Part shown: piece by piece, positions 34,017 through 44,865 of the stretch | Position numbering within the stretch: the first letter of the stretch is position 1 | Layout: each line of letters starts with the position of its first letter | Assembly: GCA_000004985.1 (NCBI GenBank) | Contig: GG738923.1 | DNA length: 64,000 nt | Direction: 5' to 3' (one strand) | From: Naegleria gruberi | Taxonomy: Eukaryota | Translations under genes and position numbers: made by a program | Notes under the pieces: generated by a model | What the model saw: the letters and a program-made list of their open reading frames with translations, nothing else | What the model was told of the DNA's origin: nothing | Database searches by the model: none

Positions 34017-36545
34017 ATGGGAACGAATAGAGTTGTGCCTAATAATCATCATCATAATGAAGAACCAGCACTTCAATCTAAAATGTCTTCAAAACCAAAT
34101 CAACAACAACAAGAAACAGAGAGTTTTGATATAAAGAAGAGAGATGATTTGGATTCAGTGGATGGATCCATCAGTGAACCCTTAGTAGCAAAAAAGCGAA
34201 ATCCAATATTGGGTTGCTTACTTTCAATCCGTTTGTTCTTAATTCTGGTCATTACAGGTCTGATTCTGTTAACTGTCTTTTCAATTTGGATAACTGCTTT
34301 TGAAATGAATCAAGTTGCTTCAATTGATAACTCGAAAACTACAATGAAAATCATGTATGAAAAAGTGTCGAATTTCCTCATGTCTCAATTATTGCCTGCA
34401 AAGAGTATGGCAGATACAGTTGCTCAAGATTATCACATGTTTACGATAACACCTGGTTTCTTAGCAATGAAGAATTATCTATTCACGAAAATGATTAACT
34501 TTCCAATAACAGGTGCCAATTTATGTTTTGGAGAAAATAATATGAGTGTCATTCATGCTTACAATTTGAATCAGTTTCCAACTGAGCAGTTATTCTTTGC
34601 TTGGCAAGATACAGCTGCAAACAGATTTTGCATGTACAGCGTTAATCACACAGATGCAAACATAATGACCATTGCAAGGAATATTACCTATGTGGTCGCT
34701 AAAACAGATTGGTATATGGCTTCTGTGGAAATGCTCAAAACTAATCCAAATGGTGGTTATGGTCCCGTCTATAAAGTGTTGAATGGTGGATTGGCCATGT
34801 ATTGGAGTTCGCCCGTATATGATAGAGAATTACTGAAAGCAAATATCAAGCAAAGAGTTGGTATTGTAAAGATCAACTTGAATTTGCTCAAGATTTCACA
34901 GTACCTTCTTTCAACCAAGTTGCTTAATACTGGTTTCCTGGTGGTTACTGAACTGGGTCCTGATGCCTACGTCATGGGTGCTTCTTTCTCAATTAAAAAT
35001 CTGGATTCTGAGAGAATTCCAGTTAGAAATGTTCAAGAAAGAGGTATTGGAAGCTTGATGAAAGCATTCTTGGATATGAAAGTAGAAGAAGGAAATGTTG
35101 TTACAGTTGACAAGTATTTGGTTTCTTCGTATCAATTCTCATATGCAAATATTGTTTGGCAAATTACAATGTTTGTAGAAGAAACAGAAGTTAAGGCAAG
35201 TGCCATTCTTAGTAGTTACGTTATTCTTGGTGTTACATTATTCTTTGCCATTTTTGGTGTTGTTTTAAGTATCGTTATTGGTACAGTCGTTACAAAACCA
35301 TTTAAGAATCTTGAAAGTGATTTCCAGAAAATTGAAATCATGGACCTTATGAGCATTGAGCAGCATAGATCATTATTTACTGAAGTTAGCAATATTTATG
35401 GAAGTTTAACAGAAACTGTTGGTCAATTGAAAGAATTTAGAGCGTTCCTTCCAGAATCAGTTTTGAACCAATTCGAATATTTGAAGAATGATAACAATAA
35501 TCTTGCAAATAAGGATTCTTCTAAGAATGCTGGGAATCCAAACGAATTGAGTAATGGATTCAGTTTTAGAGAAGGAGATGCAAAGCCATCGTTTACAACC
35601 ATGTCTGAAAATGGACATAACGGAAGTGGCCACTCAAAGTTTTCTGAACACAGAGGAAAGGCAAATTCAAGCATGTTCAAATTAGGACTTTCTTACAAGG
35701 ATTTGTGTATTGTTTATGTGAAAATTCCAGGATTAGATGATAGGCACTATTCAAATTATCATGAATTGTCTCATGTTGTTTGTAGATTGATTTCAGGAGT
35801 ATCGTCTATTTGTAAATCCATGAAAGCAGATTTAGAAATCAAGTCCCATGATGAATTTATGATTAAGATTGATAGATTTAGTTCTTCTTGTGCTGATATT
35901 GCCCTCAAGATTAGTACTGCTTTAACCTCAAATAATGAAACTTTCAAGAGGGATGGTCAACCTTCTATTAAGGTTCATATTGGTGTTGCTTCTGGTAACA
36001 TGTTGAGTGGTAATGTTGGTAACAAGACACTTAGATACAGTGCCCATATTGGTTCAGTTATAGATAGAGCCATTCATTTGTGTAATTTGAATGCATTTAT
36101 TGGAACCAGTGTTCTTATTGATGAAGAAACTCATTATTTGTGTGGTGCTCAATTTGTTGACAGACCTGTTGACAGATATGCCAACCCAAAGAATGGAGAA
36201 AAGAATGTAGAGAATGTTTATGAATTATTGAGAAATAGTAGTGTTGAAAACGATGAATGGATGTATGAATTGCAGCAAAAGAAGGAGAATGAAAAGTTCA
36301 GCCATTACAATGAACACTTTAAAAAGATTTTCTCTAGTACTTGTGTTGGAGATGATGTAACTCAAGCAGTTGCCTATTTTGCAGAGATGAGAAACCACAA
36401 TCCAAGAGACCTGGTACTGCCAAAGTTGGAAAGATTTATAAGAACAGCTATGGAAGACTCTGATGAATTTGACTTTTCTGGATATCACTCAAGAACTTCA
36501 ACAGAATTATTCCACTATATGAATCAAAATAAACTAAAGTATTAA
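34017..36545 (+). CDS. Receptor-type class III nucleotidyl cyclase-like protein (842 aa). Layout: N-terminal TM helix, ~300-aa extracellular sensor-like domain, second TM helix, cytoplasmic cyclase-homology domain; no kinase-homology domain.
   Basis: Hydrophobic helices at ILGCLLSIRLFLILVITGLILLTVFSIWITAF and AILSSYVILGVTLFFAIFGVVLSIVIGTVV. C-terminal cyclase-homology motifs: FMIKIDRF (IKTIGDAYM-like) and VHIGVASGNMLSGNVGNKTLRYSAHIGSVIDRAIHLCN (GxHxGxVxxGxxGxxRxxYxxxGxxVNxAxR). The first metal-binding motif is degenerate: LCIVYVKIPGLDD instead of F(S/T)DIVGFT. Confidence 0.65.
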   Translation: MGTNRVVPNNHHHNEEPALQSKMSSKPNQQQQETESFDIKKRDDLDSVDGSISEPLVAKKRNPILGCLLSIRLFLILVITGLILLTVFSIWITAFEMNQVASIDNSKTTMKIMYEKVSNFLMSQLLPAKSMADTVAQDYHMFTITPGFLAMKNYLFTKMINFPITGANLCFGENNMSVIHAYNLNQFPTEQLFFAWQDTAANRFCMYSVNHTDANIMTIARNITYVVAKTDWYMASVEMLKTNPNGGYGPVYKVLNGGLAMYWSSPVYDRELLKANIKQRVGIVKINLNLLKISQYLLSTKLLNTGFLVVTELGPDAYVMGASFSIKNLDSERIPVRNVQERGIGSLMKAFLDMKVEEGNVVTVDKYLVSSYQFSYANIVWQITMFVEETEVKASAILSSYVILGVTLFFAIFGVVLSIVIGTVVTKPFKNLESDFQKIEIMDLMSIEQHRSLFTEVSNIYGSLTETVGQLKEFRAFLPESVLNQFEYLKNDNNNLANKDSSKNAGNPNELSNGFSFREGDAKPSFTTMSENGHNGSGHSKFSEHRGKANSSMFKLGLSYKDLCIVYVKIPGLDDRHYSNYHELSHVVCRLISGVSSICKSMKADLEIKSHDEFMIKIDRFSSSCADIALKISTALTSNNETFKRDGQPSIKVHIGVASGNMLSGNVGNKTLRYSAHIGSVIDRAIHLCNLNAFIGTSVLIDEETHYLCGAQFVDRPVDRYANPKNGEKNVENVYELLRNSSVENDEWMYELQQKKENEKFSHYNEHFKKIFSSTCVGDDVTQAVAYFAEMRNHNPRDLVLPKLERFIRTAMEDSDEFDFSGYHSRTSTELFHYMNQNKLKY

Positions 36546-36719
36546 AACAATTTACTTCTTTTTCTTGGTTCCTTTCTTTGTCTTGGTAGTCTTTTTGGCA
36601 GTTTTAGGTTTCATTGACTTGTTGAATATTGGTATTTCAACTGGTGTGTATGGGGTAGCTGCAACAGTATCAAATGATGAGCTGCTTAACTTGTTGGAAA
36701 CAAAAAGAAACTTAACAAC

Positions 36720-37565
36720 TTACTGTTTCAAAAAGTTTGTTCTAAATCTGTTAAAATTTCTGTTAGCTATGGAGCTTCTAGGATGTGAGGGTCCTAACTT
36801 TTCATTTAGAATTGAAATTCCCTTATTATACATATCATGAGCTGCAGGAAAATCTCCCACACATTGAAGACAGGCTGCAACGTTTATCATTGAAACTGCT
36901 GTATCAACACCTTCACCCAAATAGGTCTGTCTAATTTCCAGAGATTTTGTATAGTATTTTTGAGCTAGTAAGAACTGTCCTACATGATAGAACACACTTC
37001 CAATGCAACTTAATGGAATTGATGAATCACTGTCATTCATTGCTTGAGCAAACTTTTTGGCTTCCATAAATTCTGAAAGAGCCAACTCATCATTACCCAA
37101 ACTTTGATAAACTAATCCAATTGCACATCTGAAAAATACCAATTCTCTTGGTGTTAGATAATCCTTTTGTCCATTCTCAATCATTTCTTCCTCAACTTCT
37201 TTTTCCATTTCCTTTTTTCTTTCTAACTGTTCGTGCAAATCCCAATTTTTAGTCGACTCAAGAAAGTCATCCATTCTGGAATCCAAAATTTCCTTCTTCC
37301 TTTTTGCATACATGTATTCCAACCAAATATTTTGAGCTCTAATATATACATCGATGGCTTGTTGATATAAACTTGAATTATGATAATTCAAAGCAACTTC
37401 AATTAATTTTGTAACATCCTCGTTCGGACAGTAAGGTGCTAACAAAACCTCCCTAATCAAACACGGAATATCCTGCTCCTGTGGTTCATACCTCTGTCTA
37501 TATGAATAGGAATGGAGAGATGATCTTAATCCTCCTGCAGAAGTGGGTGATGTGGTTTGCATCAT
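36720..37565 (-). CDS. TPR-repeat protein (281 aa as an unspliced ORF). A 42-nt intron (36682..36723, GTAAGT overlapping the stop) may add a Lys-rich terminal exon 36543..36681.
   Basis: TPR-like helical repeats (AIGLVYQSLGNDELALSEFMEAKKFAQ; AQKYYTKSLEIRQTYLGEGVDTAVSMINVAACLQCVGDFPAAHDMYNKGISILNEKLGPSHP). The ORF stop TAA is embedded in caGTAAGTtg. With the acceptor ...ttaagcag, the frame continues HSSFDTVAATPYTPVEIPIFNKSMKPKTAKKTTKTKKGTKKKK* and ends at the cyclase gene's stop. Confidence 0.55.
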   Translation of the reverse strand: MMQTTSPTSAGGLRSSLHSYSYRQRYEPQEQDIPCLIREVLLAPYCPNEDVTKLIEVALNYHNSSLYQQAIDVYIRAQNIWLEYMYAKRKKEILDSRMDDFLESTKNWDLHEQLERKKEMEKEVEEEMIENGQKDYLTPRELVFFRCAIGLVYQSLGNDELALSEFMEAKKFAQAMNDSDSSIPLSCIGSVFYHVGQFLLAQKYYTKSLEIRQTYLGEGVDTAVSMINVAACLQCVGDFPAAHDMYNKGISILNEKLGPSHPRSSIANRNFNRFRTNFLKQ

Positions 37566-37625
37566 TTTTTTTAAAAATGAAAAGCAACGATTTTATTGTA
37601 GTTGAGAGCGCGCCAAAATCTGTTG

Positions 37626-40550
37626 TTACCATTCTTCTTCGGTCATTTCAATGCCAGTACTATCTTCTGCTTCTTTGTGTTGGGAATCAGATGGTTGTGG
37701 TTCATTGTTTGTCTGGTGATTGGTTTCGTCTTCTTCATCAGTTGGTACATCATCTTCAGGGTCTGCAGCTAGATTGTTATTAATGACCTCCTGTTTGAGA
37801 TTATGGGATATCAGTGGTAGGGATGGTGGTTGTTCTTCTACAGGTTCATCATCGTCATCATCTATAATCTCTGGATCTTCTTGAGTGTTCGATGGAGGTG
37901 GTTTATATTGAGGTCGTTTAGGTCTATTGTTCGAAACAACTGTATCGTCTGTGATGTCGATCGATGATGATGCTCCATTACTGCTACGATGGTGAGCTAC
38001 CTGTGGAGGGAATGGTTGTCTGTGGTAGTGTTGAGGTTGAGGATGGTAATGACCATTTGGAGAAATATTTTCATGCTGTTGTAAAAAGGTATGATTAGGT
38101 TGGAAAGAAAAGCCAGGTTGTTGATGTGGATGTGGGTGTGGAATTTGATTGTGTTGTGAGTGATAAGGTAAGGGTTGATTGTGTTGTGGATGAGGCATTT
38201 GTACATTATTAGGTTGTTGATGATTGTGGAATACCTGTTGTTGAGGGTGATTTATAATGTAAGCCTCAGGAACTCCCAATAAATGGGGTGGTATTGGGAA
38301 AATTGGTTGAGCTGAAGCTGAAGAGGAAGGTGCATGTCTTTTCTTTAACTTGGGATTCCTGGCAGGTGAACTCAAATCCACAACTTGTTGTTGCTGGTCT
38401 TGTAGTTTCTGCTCGTGTCTCTTCACATAATTGGTAATAGTGTGATTTTGTTGAATGAAAGCATCCTCTTCATAATTGAATGTTTCATTAATGTCGTCAC
38501 TTTCAATATTGTACAACATATCGTGCCAAGTGATTCCATCAATTTCCGAATAAGCTTCCAATTGTTTTACATGGTTTCCTAGTTCCTCATAAATTTCACC
38601 TTTTGGATGCAACTCAGCCAATAATTTCTTAGTCTCAGATGATTGCTTGTCTCTTAAAGTCAAAACTTCCAATAATTCCTGATCTGAAGTGAAGTATCTG
38701 TACTGATTCTCTTTTGTGAGTGTATTCTTAATTAACCCGTCTTTGATAACTTGTCTTCTATAAACTACTTCTTCCAAGGTTCCTACTGTAATAAGTCTGT
38801 ATGTAACAACGTTTTTGGTTTGGCCAACTCTATAAGCTCTATCTACAGCTTGTTGATCTACAGCAGGATTCCAATGTGGATCTATCAATATGACTCTATC
38901 AGCTGCAGTCAAAGTCAAACCAACACCTCCACTACCAGTTGTCAGCAAAAAGCAAGAATACATATTGTTTTTTTGAAACAAGTCTACTCTGGCTTGTCTT
39001 TCTTTTGCTGCTACACCTCCATCAATTCTCAAGGTTTTCAACTTTAAGTGTTCTGTAATTATTCTCTCTACAATGTCCAACATTGTTTTGTATTGGGAGA
39101 ATATCAAGGTTCTGTGCCCTGTCTTCTTGTGTTCCTTCAATAGTTTAACAATTATTTGAAGCTTTGAGCTTTCTTCAATTAATTCCTTGCAGGTCATTCC
39201 AGATGTATCTAAATAATCTTTGTCATCTCCTTCTGATATAAAATTCTCAAAGGCTTCATCTTCATTAACATCCTTATTTAAAATTTGTGCTGACCCATTA
39301 TTAAGTCTTGGATGATTGCACAACATTTTCAATGTACTTAGAGCAGAGAAGATACATGATCTGTTTGATTTCTTTCCTAAAATTTGTTTAACAATTTCGG
39401 ATTTGAGATATTGGGTATAAACACGGTCCTGTGTCTTGCTGAGGTAACACCACAATACAAGTTCATTCTTTTGGGATATTTTAGCTTTACCAGTGCTCTG
39501 CTTTTTAAGAATTGTTCCTAATCCTACATTGTGATCACTTTCTAAAACCTGATTTTTGTGTCTTCTCAAGATGTATGGCTGAATTAAAGATCTCATTTGT
39601 TGGGAGAGTTTGTTTCCTAGTACCTTTTCAGTATTTGAGGCATCCCTTTTACGAGATTTTACAATTGACCTCTCAAAATTTGTTTTAAATTCTTTCTTGT
39701 CTCCTAAAATATTGTCTCCATAAAAAACATAATCATAAATAGACCACATTTCCATAAGCTTGATAAATATGAATGATAAATATACAATGTTATAATATTA
39801 ATATGAATGTAAATATAAATTGTTAAATATTAATAAAAATAAAGGATAAATACCTTATTCATAATAGGAGTTCCAGTTAGACAAAACTTGGCTCTAGAAC
39901 CAATCTTTCTCAAATTTTTAGAAATTCCAGTTTGGTCATTTTTGATTTGATGCGCTTCGTCAACAATTGTGATATCAAATTCTTGCTTTGCACATAGTGA
40001 AGCAAGAGTAACCGTATATGTGACCAGAGTTCTGAATGTGGTAATTATGGCAGCTGACTTTTGTTGTTTAGCACATCCATGAAAATCTCTTGCCATACTG
40101 TTGTACTGTTCTTTGGATGATAAATTATGGAATACAAAGGTTTTGATATTTGGTGCCCATTTATCTAGCTCGCTAGCCCAAGTTTGAAGCACTGATAATG
40201 GAGCAATAATTAAATAACGTCTTGTTTTGCTTTGAGCCAAACCTCCTAGAAAGGCTGAAACTTGAACAGTTTTGCCCAATCCCATTTCACTTAAAGTTGA
40301 AATTAAATATATTAGAGACCCTTAATAATACTTACTCTGCTAATATTCCACCTCTGTACTTGTCGGCATTGAATCTTGTATTGAGCCACTTGATTCCTTC
40401 TTTTTGGAATGAATATAGTTTCGTGTAAACATCTCTGTCTAGAATGAGACCTCCATCCAAGTAATAGTCGTCGTCTGCGTCCTTTTTCCAACCATTTCCA
40501 ACATCTATAAGCTCAGCCATGTTTGTAGTTTTTTGGGCTCGCTTCTTCAT
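37626..40550 (-). CDS. SNF2-family DNA-dependent ATPase/helicase (ERCC6/RAD26/ERCC6L-like) with a long Q/H/P-rich acidic C-terminal tail. Three exons: 40336..40550, 39854..40289, 37626..39758; introns of 46 and 95 nt.
   Basis: Exon 1 encodes MKKRAQKTTNMAELIDV...LYSFQKEGIKWL...GGILA. Exon 2 encodes DEMGLGKTVQVSAFLG...IVDEAHQIKN...LTGTPIMNK (motifs I, II, III). Exon 3 encodes LMEMWSIYDYVFYG...LRRHKNQVL...SGGVGLTLTAADRVILIDPHWNPAVDQQAVDRAYRVGQTKNVVTYRLIT (helicase motifs IV-VI). Donors are GTAAGT and GTATTT and the phases are consistent. Upstream, 40583..41472 encodes an acidic Ser/Lys-rich region in two other frames. Confidence 0.8.
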
Positions 40551-40582
40551 TCTTTCTTTGAATTCTCTTTCTTTTTTAGAAA

Positions 40583-41472
40583 AACTTTCTGAAGTGAGAA
40601 GTGTACCTATTTCATCATCACTAAACGAGATTTCATCCCAATCATCATCACATCACCTTGAGAATATGGTACTTCTTCTTCATCCTCAGTTTCTTCCTGA
40701 CTTACTTCTTCATATTCTTCCTCTCCCTCTTTATCACTTTCTTCCTCTTCTTCGTCCTCATCCTCATGAACAATAAAGTCTTCCAATTCTCTTTCCGAAA
40801 GTTTCTTCTCTCGAGTTTTCCTTAAAATTCTCGAAACTTTTTCAGGAGAAACTACTCTATCCTCTTCAGAGTCAGAATCTGTATCCTGTCGTGACGTTCT
40901 CTTTTTTTTAAAATTCAGATATGTTTGAACTGTGTATTTTGTTTCACTGTCCGCTTTACTACTACTAGCTTTAGCAGGCTTTGATTTACTACTACTAGGA
41001 CTAGATTTAACATTATTCTACTCGATGCATGGTGGCCTCTATAATTAAGAATATGTTGTACAGAAGAATCAACATCATCGTCTTCCTCATCAGATGATAT
41101 TAATATGGCAGAATTATTTGAAGGAGGACTTTTCTCCTCATCACTACTATCCGATATCACAGAGATATGACTAACCTTCGAAGCAGAATGTCCAGCCTCT
41201 TTCATCTTCCGAAAACTATCAATACTCTTATGTATAGTCGATCTATTATCCTGCTTTACCTTCTTAAAATTTGTTTGTTTTTCCGAACCTGATGATGGTG
41301 ATTCCTCGTCATTGGAAGAAACCACAGAATTTTTTCTCTTCTTACTATTTATTTCTGGATCGAGGCTAGGTGGTGATGAAATGATCTTTTTAGCCTTTGA
41401 AAATGTATTTTCCTCCTCTTCATCCTCCGAAAGATCGAATACGACTTGATACGAATTAGGTCGTTGTGGCAT
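40583..41472 (-). other. Acidic Ser/Lys-rich coding-like region upstream of the SNF2 helicase, split across two frames. It is either the SNF2 N-terminal region with frame errors, a decayed upstream gene, or a separate disrupted gene.
   Basis: The minus-strand frame 40915..41472 (MPQRPNSYQVVFDLSEDEEEENTF...SDSSDEEKSPPSNNSAILISSDEEDDDVDSSVQHILNYRGHHASSRI) switches near 41030 to another frame (...NNVKSSPSSSKSKPAKASSSKADSETKYTVQTYLNFKKKRTSRQDTDSDSEEDRVV...EEVPYSQGD). That frame hits a stop 30 nt before the SNF2 ATG, and a third shift is needed to reach the helicase frame (DDWDEISFSDDEIG...). Confidence 0.35.
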
Positions 41473-41782
41473 TTTTTTTTAAATTTTCTTTTTGGCGCTG
41501 GAATTTAAAATGTTGCTAACCTACAAATGTTGTAAAAGAAACGTGAATTATTGTTAAATGTCATAAAAAACTTTATTCTCACAGGATGATTTTTGACTTT
41601 TCAACAAATTCAATACTTATTGTAAACAATAAAGTATGGAAATGCCGGTTGCAATTTTTGAAACTTGCAACTCACAACTTTATTTCTCATTGAGTTTCCA
41701 GGAATTTTGCAACCAATCTAAACATAGCAAGACAGCTTAAAAATTCTCCACCAGCTAGTCTTGCTATGAATACTTTAAAAAA

Positions 41783-43694
41783 ATGTTGCAACATTTGCCT
41801 TCTGATATCTTTCTCTTTCACTTGATTCCGTACATGTCGGGAGTGAAGGCTTGGATATCTATGTGTAATTCGTGTTCAACAATCCGATCAAAATTTAAAC
41901 AATCTTCATTGACTTTGGAATGTGAAGGAAGGGATTGTTTTCAAAATAGTAAATTTATGAGAGATTCTGTATCGGAAACTGATTGGGGAATGCAATTGCA
42001 TGAAGGCTTTGTTGCCATGTTGGAATCTGGTTTATTTTGTAAAGTTCTCTTGAATTTTAGGTGGACTAAGCTTTCAGAAGCTATGGCAAAATTACTAACG
42101 AAAGAATCTAAATGTTTGGATTTAATTTCACAATTGGAAGTTTTTGATTGTGTTGGGCGGGCAGAATCATTAATTTTGAACGCAAATTGGAAACAACTTT
42201 CAGTATTAACATTTTCGCATAAGAGCACGATTCCAGCAAAGAAACAAGAAAACCAATTGGTAGATTTTACAAAAATTGTAAATTTGGAAGTATTTGAAAT
42301 GGGAGAGAATATTAGATTTGAATTTCCAAGGAACAAAGAGCATTATTTCCAATTTGAAAGAATTGAAACTTGCAAGACATGATACTTCATTTTATGAGGA
42401 AATACTCAAAAAGTGTGATTTCTCTAATTTGGAATGTTTGGAAATTAGAAATTGCCACTTGGGAAAATTCAATTTTTCAGATATTCAATCATTTAAATTG
42501 AAATCTTTAAATCTATCAAATTCTACATTTCATAACTTAAATGAATTATTCCAACTTAAGCAATTAATTAATTTGGAAAGTTTAAGTATTATAACAGATA
42601 ATGGTAACATTTTAAAGACATTATTCGAATCTTCTATATTTCACAAAACTCTTTCTAAATTAGAAATAGAAAGACGACATACCGGCTACCATCCATGGAA
42701 TGGTGATTTGATTTGGGAATGGTTTTTGAATGGAAATTTGAAAAACATCAAACACTTAGCAATCCCTTGGATGGACATGAATGCTAATCATCTAGAAGCA
42801 TACAAAAAATCCAATATACAATTAGAAGGATTGGTTATATGTCAACTAAGTGGTGTTAATCAGAAACAAATGAAAGTGTTCAAAAATTTAACGCATTTAA
42901 AGATTAAATATCAAACAGATTACACTTTAGTTAGTGAACTGAAAAAGTTGAAATACCTATCATGTAATTGTTATGGTACTGTAATACTAAACTTACCTGA
43001 TCTTGAAAGATTAGAAATGAATTATGTTGATCGTATCTCATTGGAAACTAATAATTTGAAACACTTTAGTTGTTATTCTAGTTCTATTTACGGAATTGTT
43101 AACTCAATAATTGGATCACAAATGAAATTGGAATCATTTAATCTTTCATGCAGATATTCTAATGATAGTCAAGACCAAGTTGACGATGCTTTGTATAATA
43201 TTGCCACACACCCTAATTTCAAAACTTTGAAAGAACTTTATTTAGATTATGAATTAAGTGATGAGAATTTAGAAGATTTAGCATATAGTCAATTGAGTTT
43301 AAATAGCTTGACACTAAATTCACGATTTTTAACATGTAATTCTGCATATGAATTATGTGATGGAAGTATTGAAGCCAAAATGATCCAAATACGATTTACC
43401 CATAATTTTGTTCAAGATCCATTATTATATAGTGGCAGTTTAAATGGATTAATTCAACTATTAACTGATTTGGAAAATACGGAATGTAATGCTGATATTA
43501 TTGAGGAAGATGATTCTTGGTTTTATTATACTGGGCCAGTAACTCGATTCTTAACTTATGATGACTATTCTGATGTTTTCGGAAGAGATATTGTTTCAGA
43601 ATATAACTTTGATGATTCCCACAAAAATAAGTTTAAATCTGACAAGATTAGAGTTATCAGTAGAATTAAGTTTAATATGAAAATTTATTTGTAA
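41783..43694 (+). CDS. F-box-like / leucine-rich-repeat protein (~635 aa) with a single frame disruption near 42290-42330.
   Basis: The N-terminus MLQHLPSDIFLFHLIPYMSGVKAWISMCNSC is F-box-like. Both overlapping ORFs 41783..42382 and 42294..43694 have LRR periodicity (NLEVFEMGEN..., SNLKELKLARHD, NLECLEIRNC, LKSLNLSNS, LESLSII). The frames differ by +1 and no GT-AG intron of suitable length lies between them. The second ORF's track start is TTG. Confidence 0.5.
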
Positions 43695-43709
43695 TGAGTT
43701 GTCCACTTG

Positions 43710-44696
43710 TTAATAAGCCACAACTGCAAGCAACAAATTGAAAAGAAAAGAACCACAAGTAATACACAAACAAGCAAGTGATGCACCAACAGTATATACA
43801 AATTGAGCAATCAAGAACGGAGAAATCATATCATAAATTACAGGATATTGAACATAACATTGAGATTCAAAATTGTAAAATGCCATAAAAACCAACAAGA
43901 TGGTAATTGCAATGCCATTCAAAGTTTTGATAGATCCACAACAAACTCTAAAGAAAGAATGAGTGCACAATGTATACTTATTCAAGTTGATACTACAGCA
44001 GAAACATGCAGAGATTGAATTACCACGAGTTTGTTCGTAATGCATTTCGTATGATTTCTCTCTGTAATTATTTGGAGTTGGTTCACTGTATTGAACTTGT
44101 GGTTGAGTGGTTGATTGCATTTCAATGCCTTGTGCTGTGGAAACTGAAATTGCTTGTTGAGTTTGAGGATTCATTCTATCAACACTTGAACTCATATAGA
44201 CTGGATCTTGAGCTGGTTGATTTTCGAATATTGTTGGAGATTCATTAATCCAGTTTTCTCTCAAAACTGCATAACCACCATCCTCAGTTCCTGGTGAATA
44301 ATTACCACTATTGAGAACTCGATTAGTTCTAGAGAAAGTATCAGAAAGTACATCAAGGAAACCTGAACACATAGCTACAAATCCAAGAATTACTCCAAGA
44401 AATTCCAAACATGTGACAGCTAACATCATATTTACAAGTGTTCTCCCTAAACATGCAGTAGAATCTGCCAATGGATTTGGACTAATCATGTTTGGTCTGT
44501 TGGTAGCAGTATCACTTGATGAAACGATGAATAGGAAGAGTGACCAAATAGCAAATGCTATGGAAAAGCAAATTCCAAGAGCATGAATACATGCAGTCAA
44601 TCTGAAATAAAGTTTATATTTGTCAAGATGAAAACTATTCGAAAGTGTAAATAGTACTTACAGCCAAGTCCTTCTTGCATCAGTATGTCTTGACAT
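43710..44696 (-). CDS. Four-TM (tetraspan-like) membrane protein, family unknown. Two exons, 44662..44696 and 43710..44601; 60-nt intron GTAAGT...TTTCAG.
   Basis: Exon 1 is ATG TCA AGA CAT ACT GAT GCA AGA AGG ACT TGG CT followed by GTAAGT (phase 2). The acceptor ...ctttatttcag joins to LLTACIHALGICFSIAFAIWSLFLFIV... The track ORF start at 44600 is TTG. Four hydrophobic segments and Cys-rich extracellular loops. Confidence 0.5.
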
Positions 44697-44865
44697 TTTT
44701 TCAAAGTTATTAGAATAAAAGTAGGATCGCTTATAACAGAAAAGATTTGAATTATTTGGAGTTTGTTTCATGTCTTTCCATAAAAAGTTTACTATTTTGG
44801 GCGACTTCTAAAAATGATTCATTTTCAACATTGCTTTTTTGAAAGAATTAATCTGTTTTATTGTT

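Noticed and set aside
40286-40331. Track ORF 39830..40285 ending ...PIMNKVFILYFY* and ORF 47568..48176 ending ...GMFSFRIFILLT*
   Set aside because: The terminal residues are intron read-through past GTATTT/GTATGT donors. The exon boundaries were set at the donors instead.
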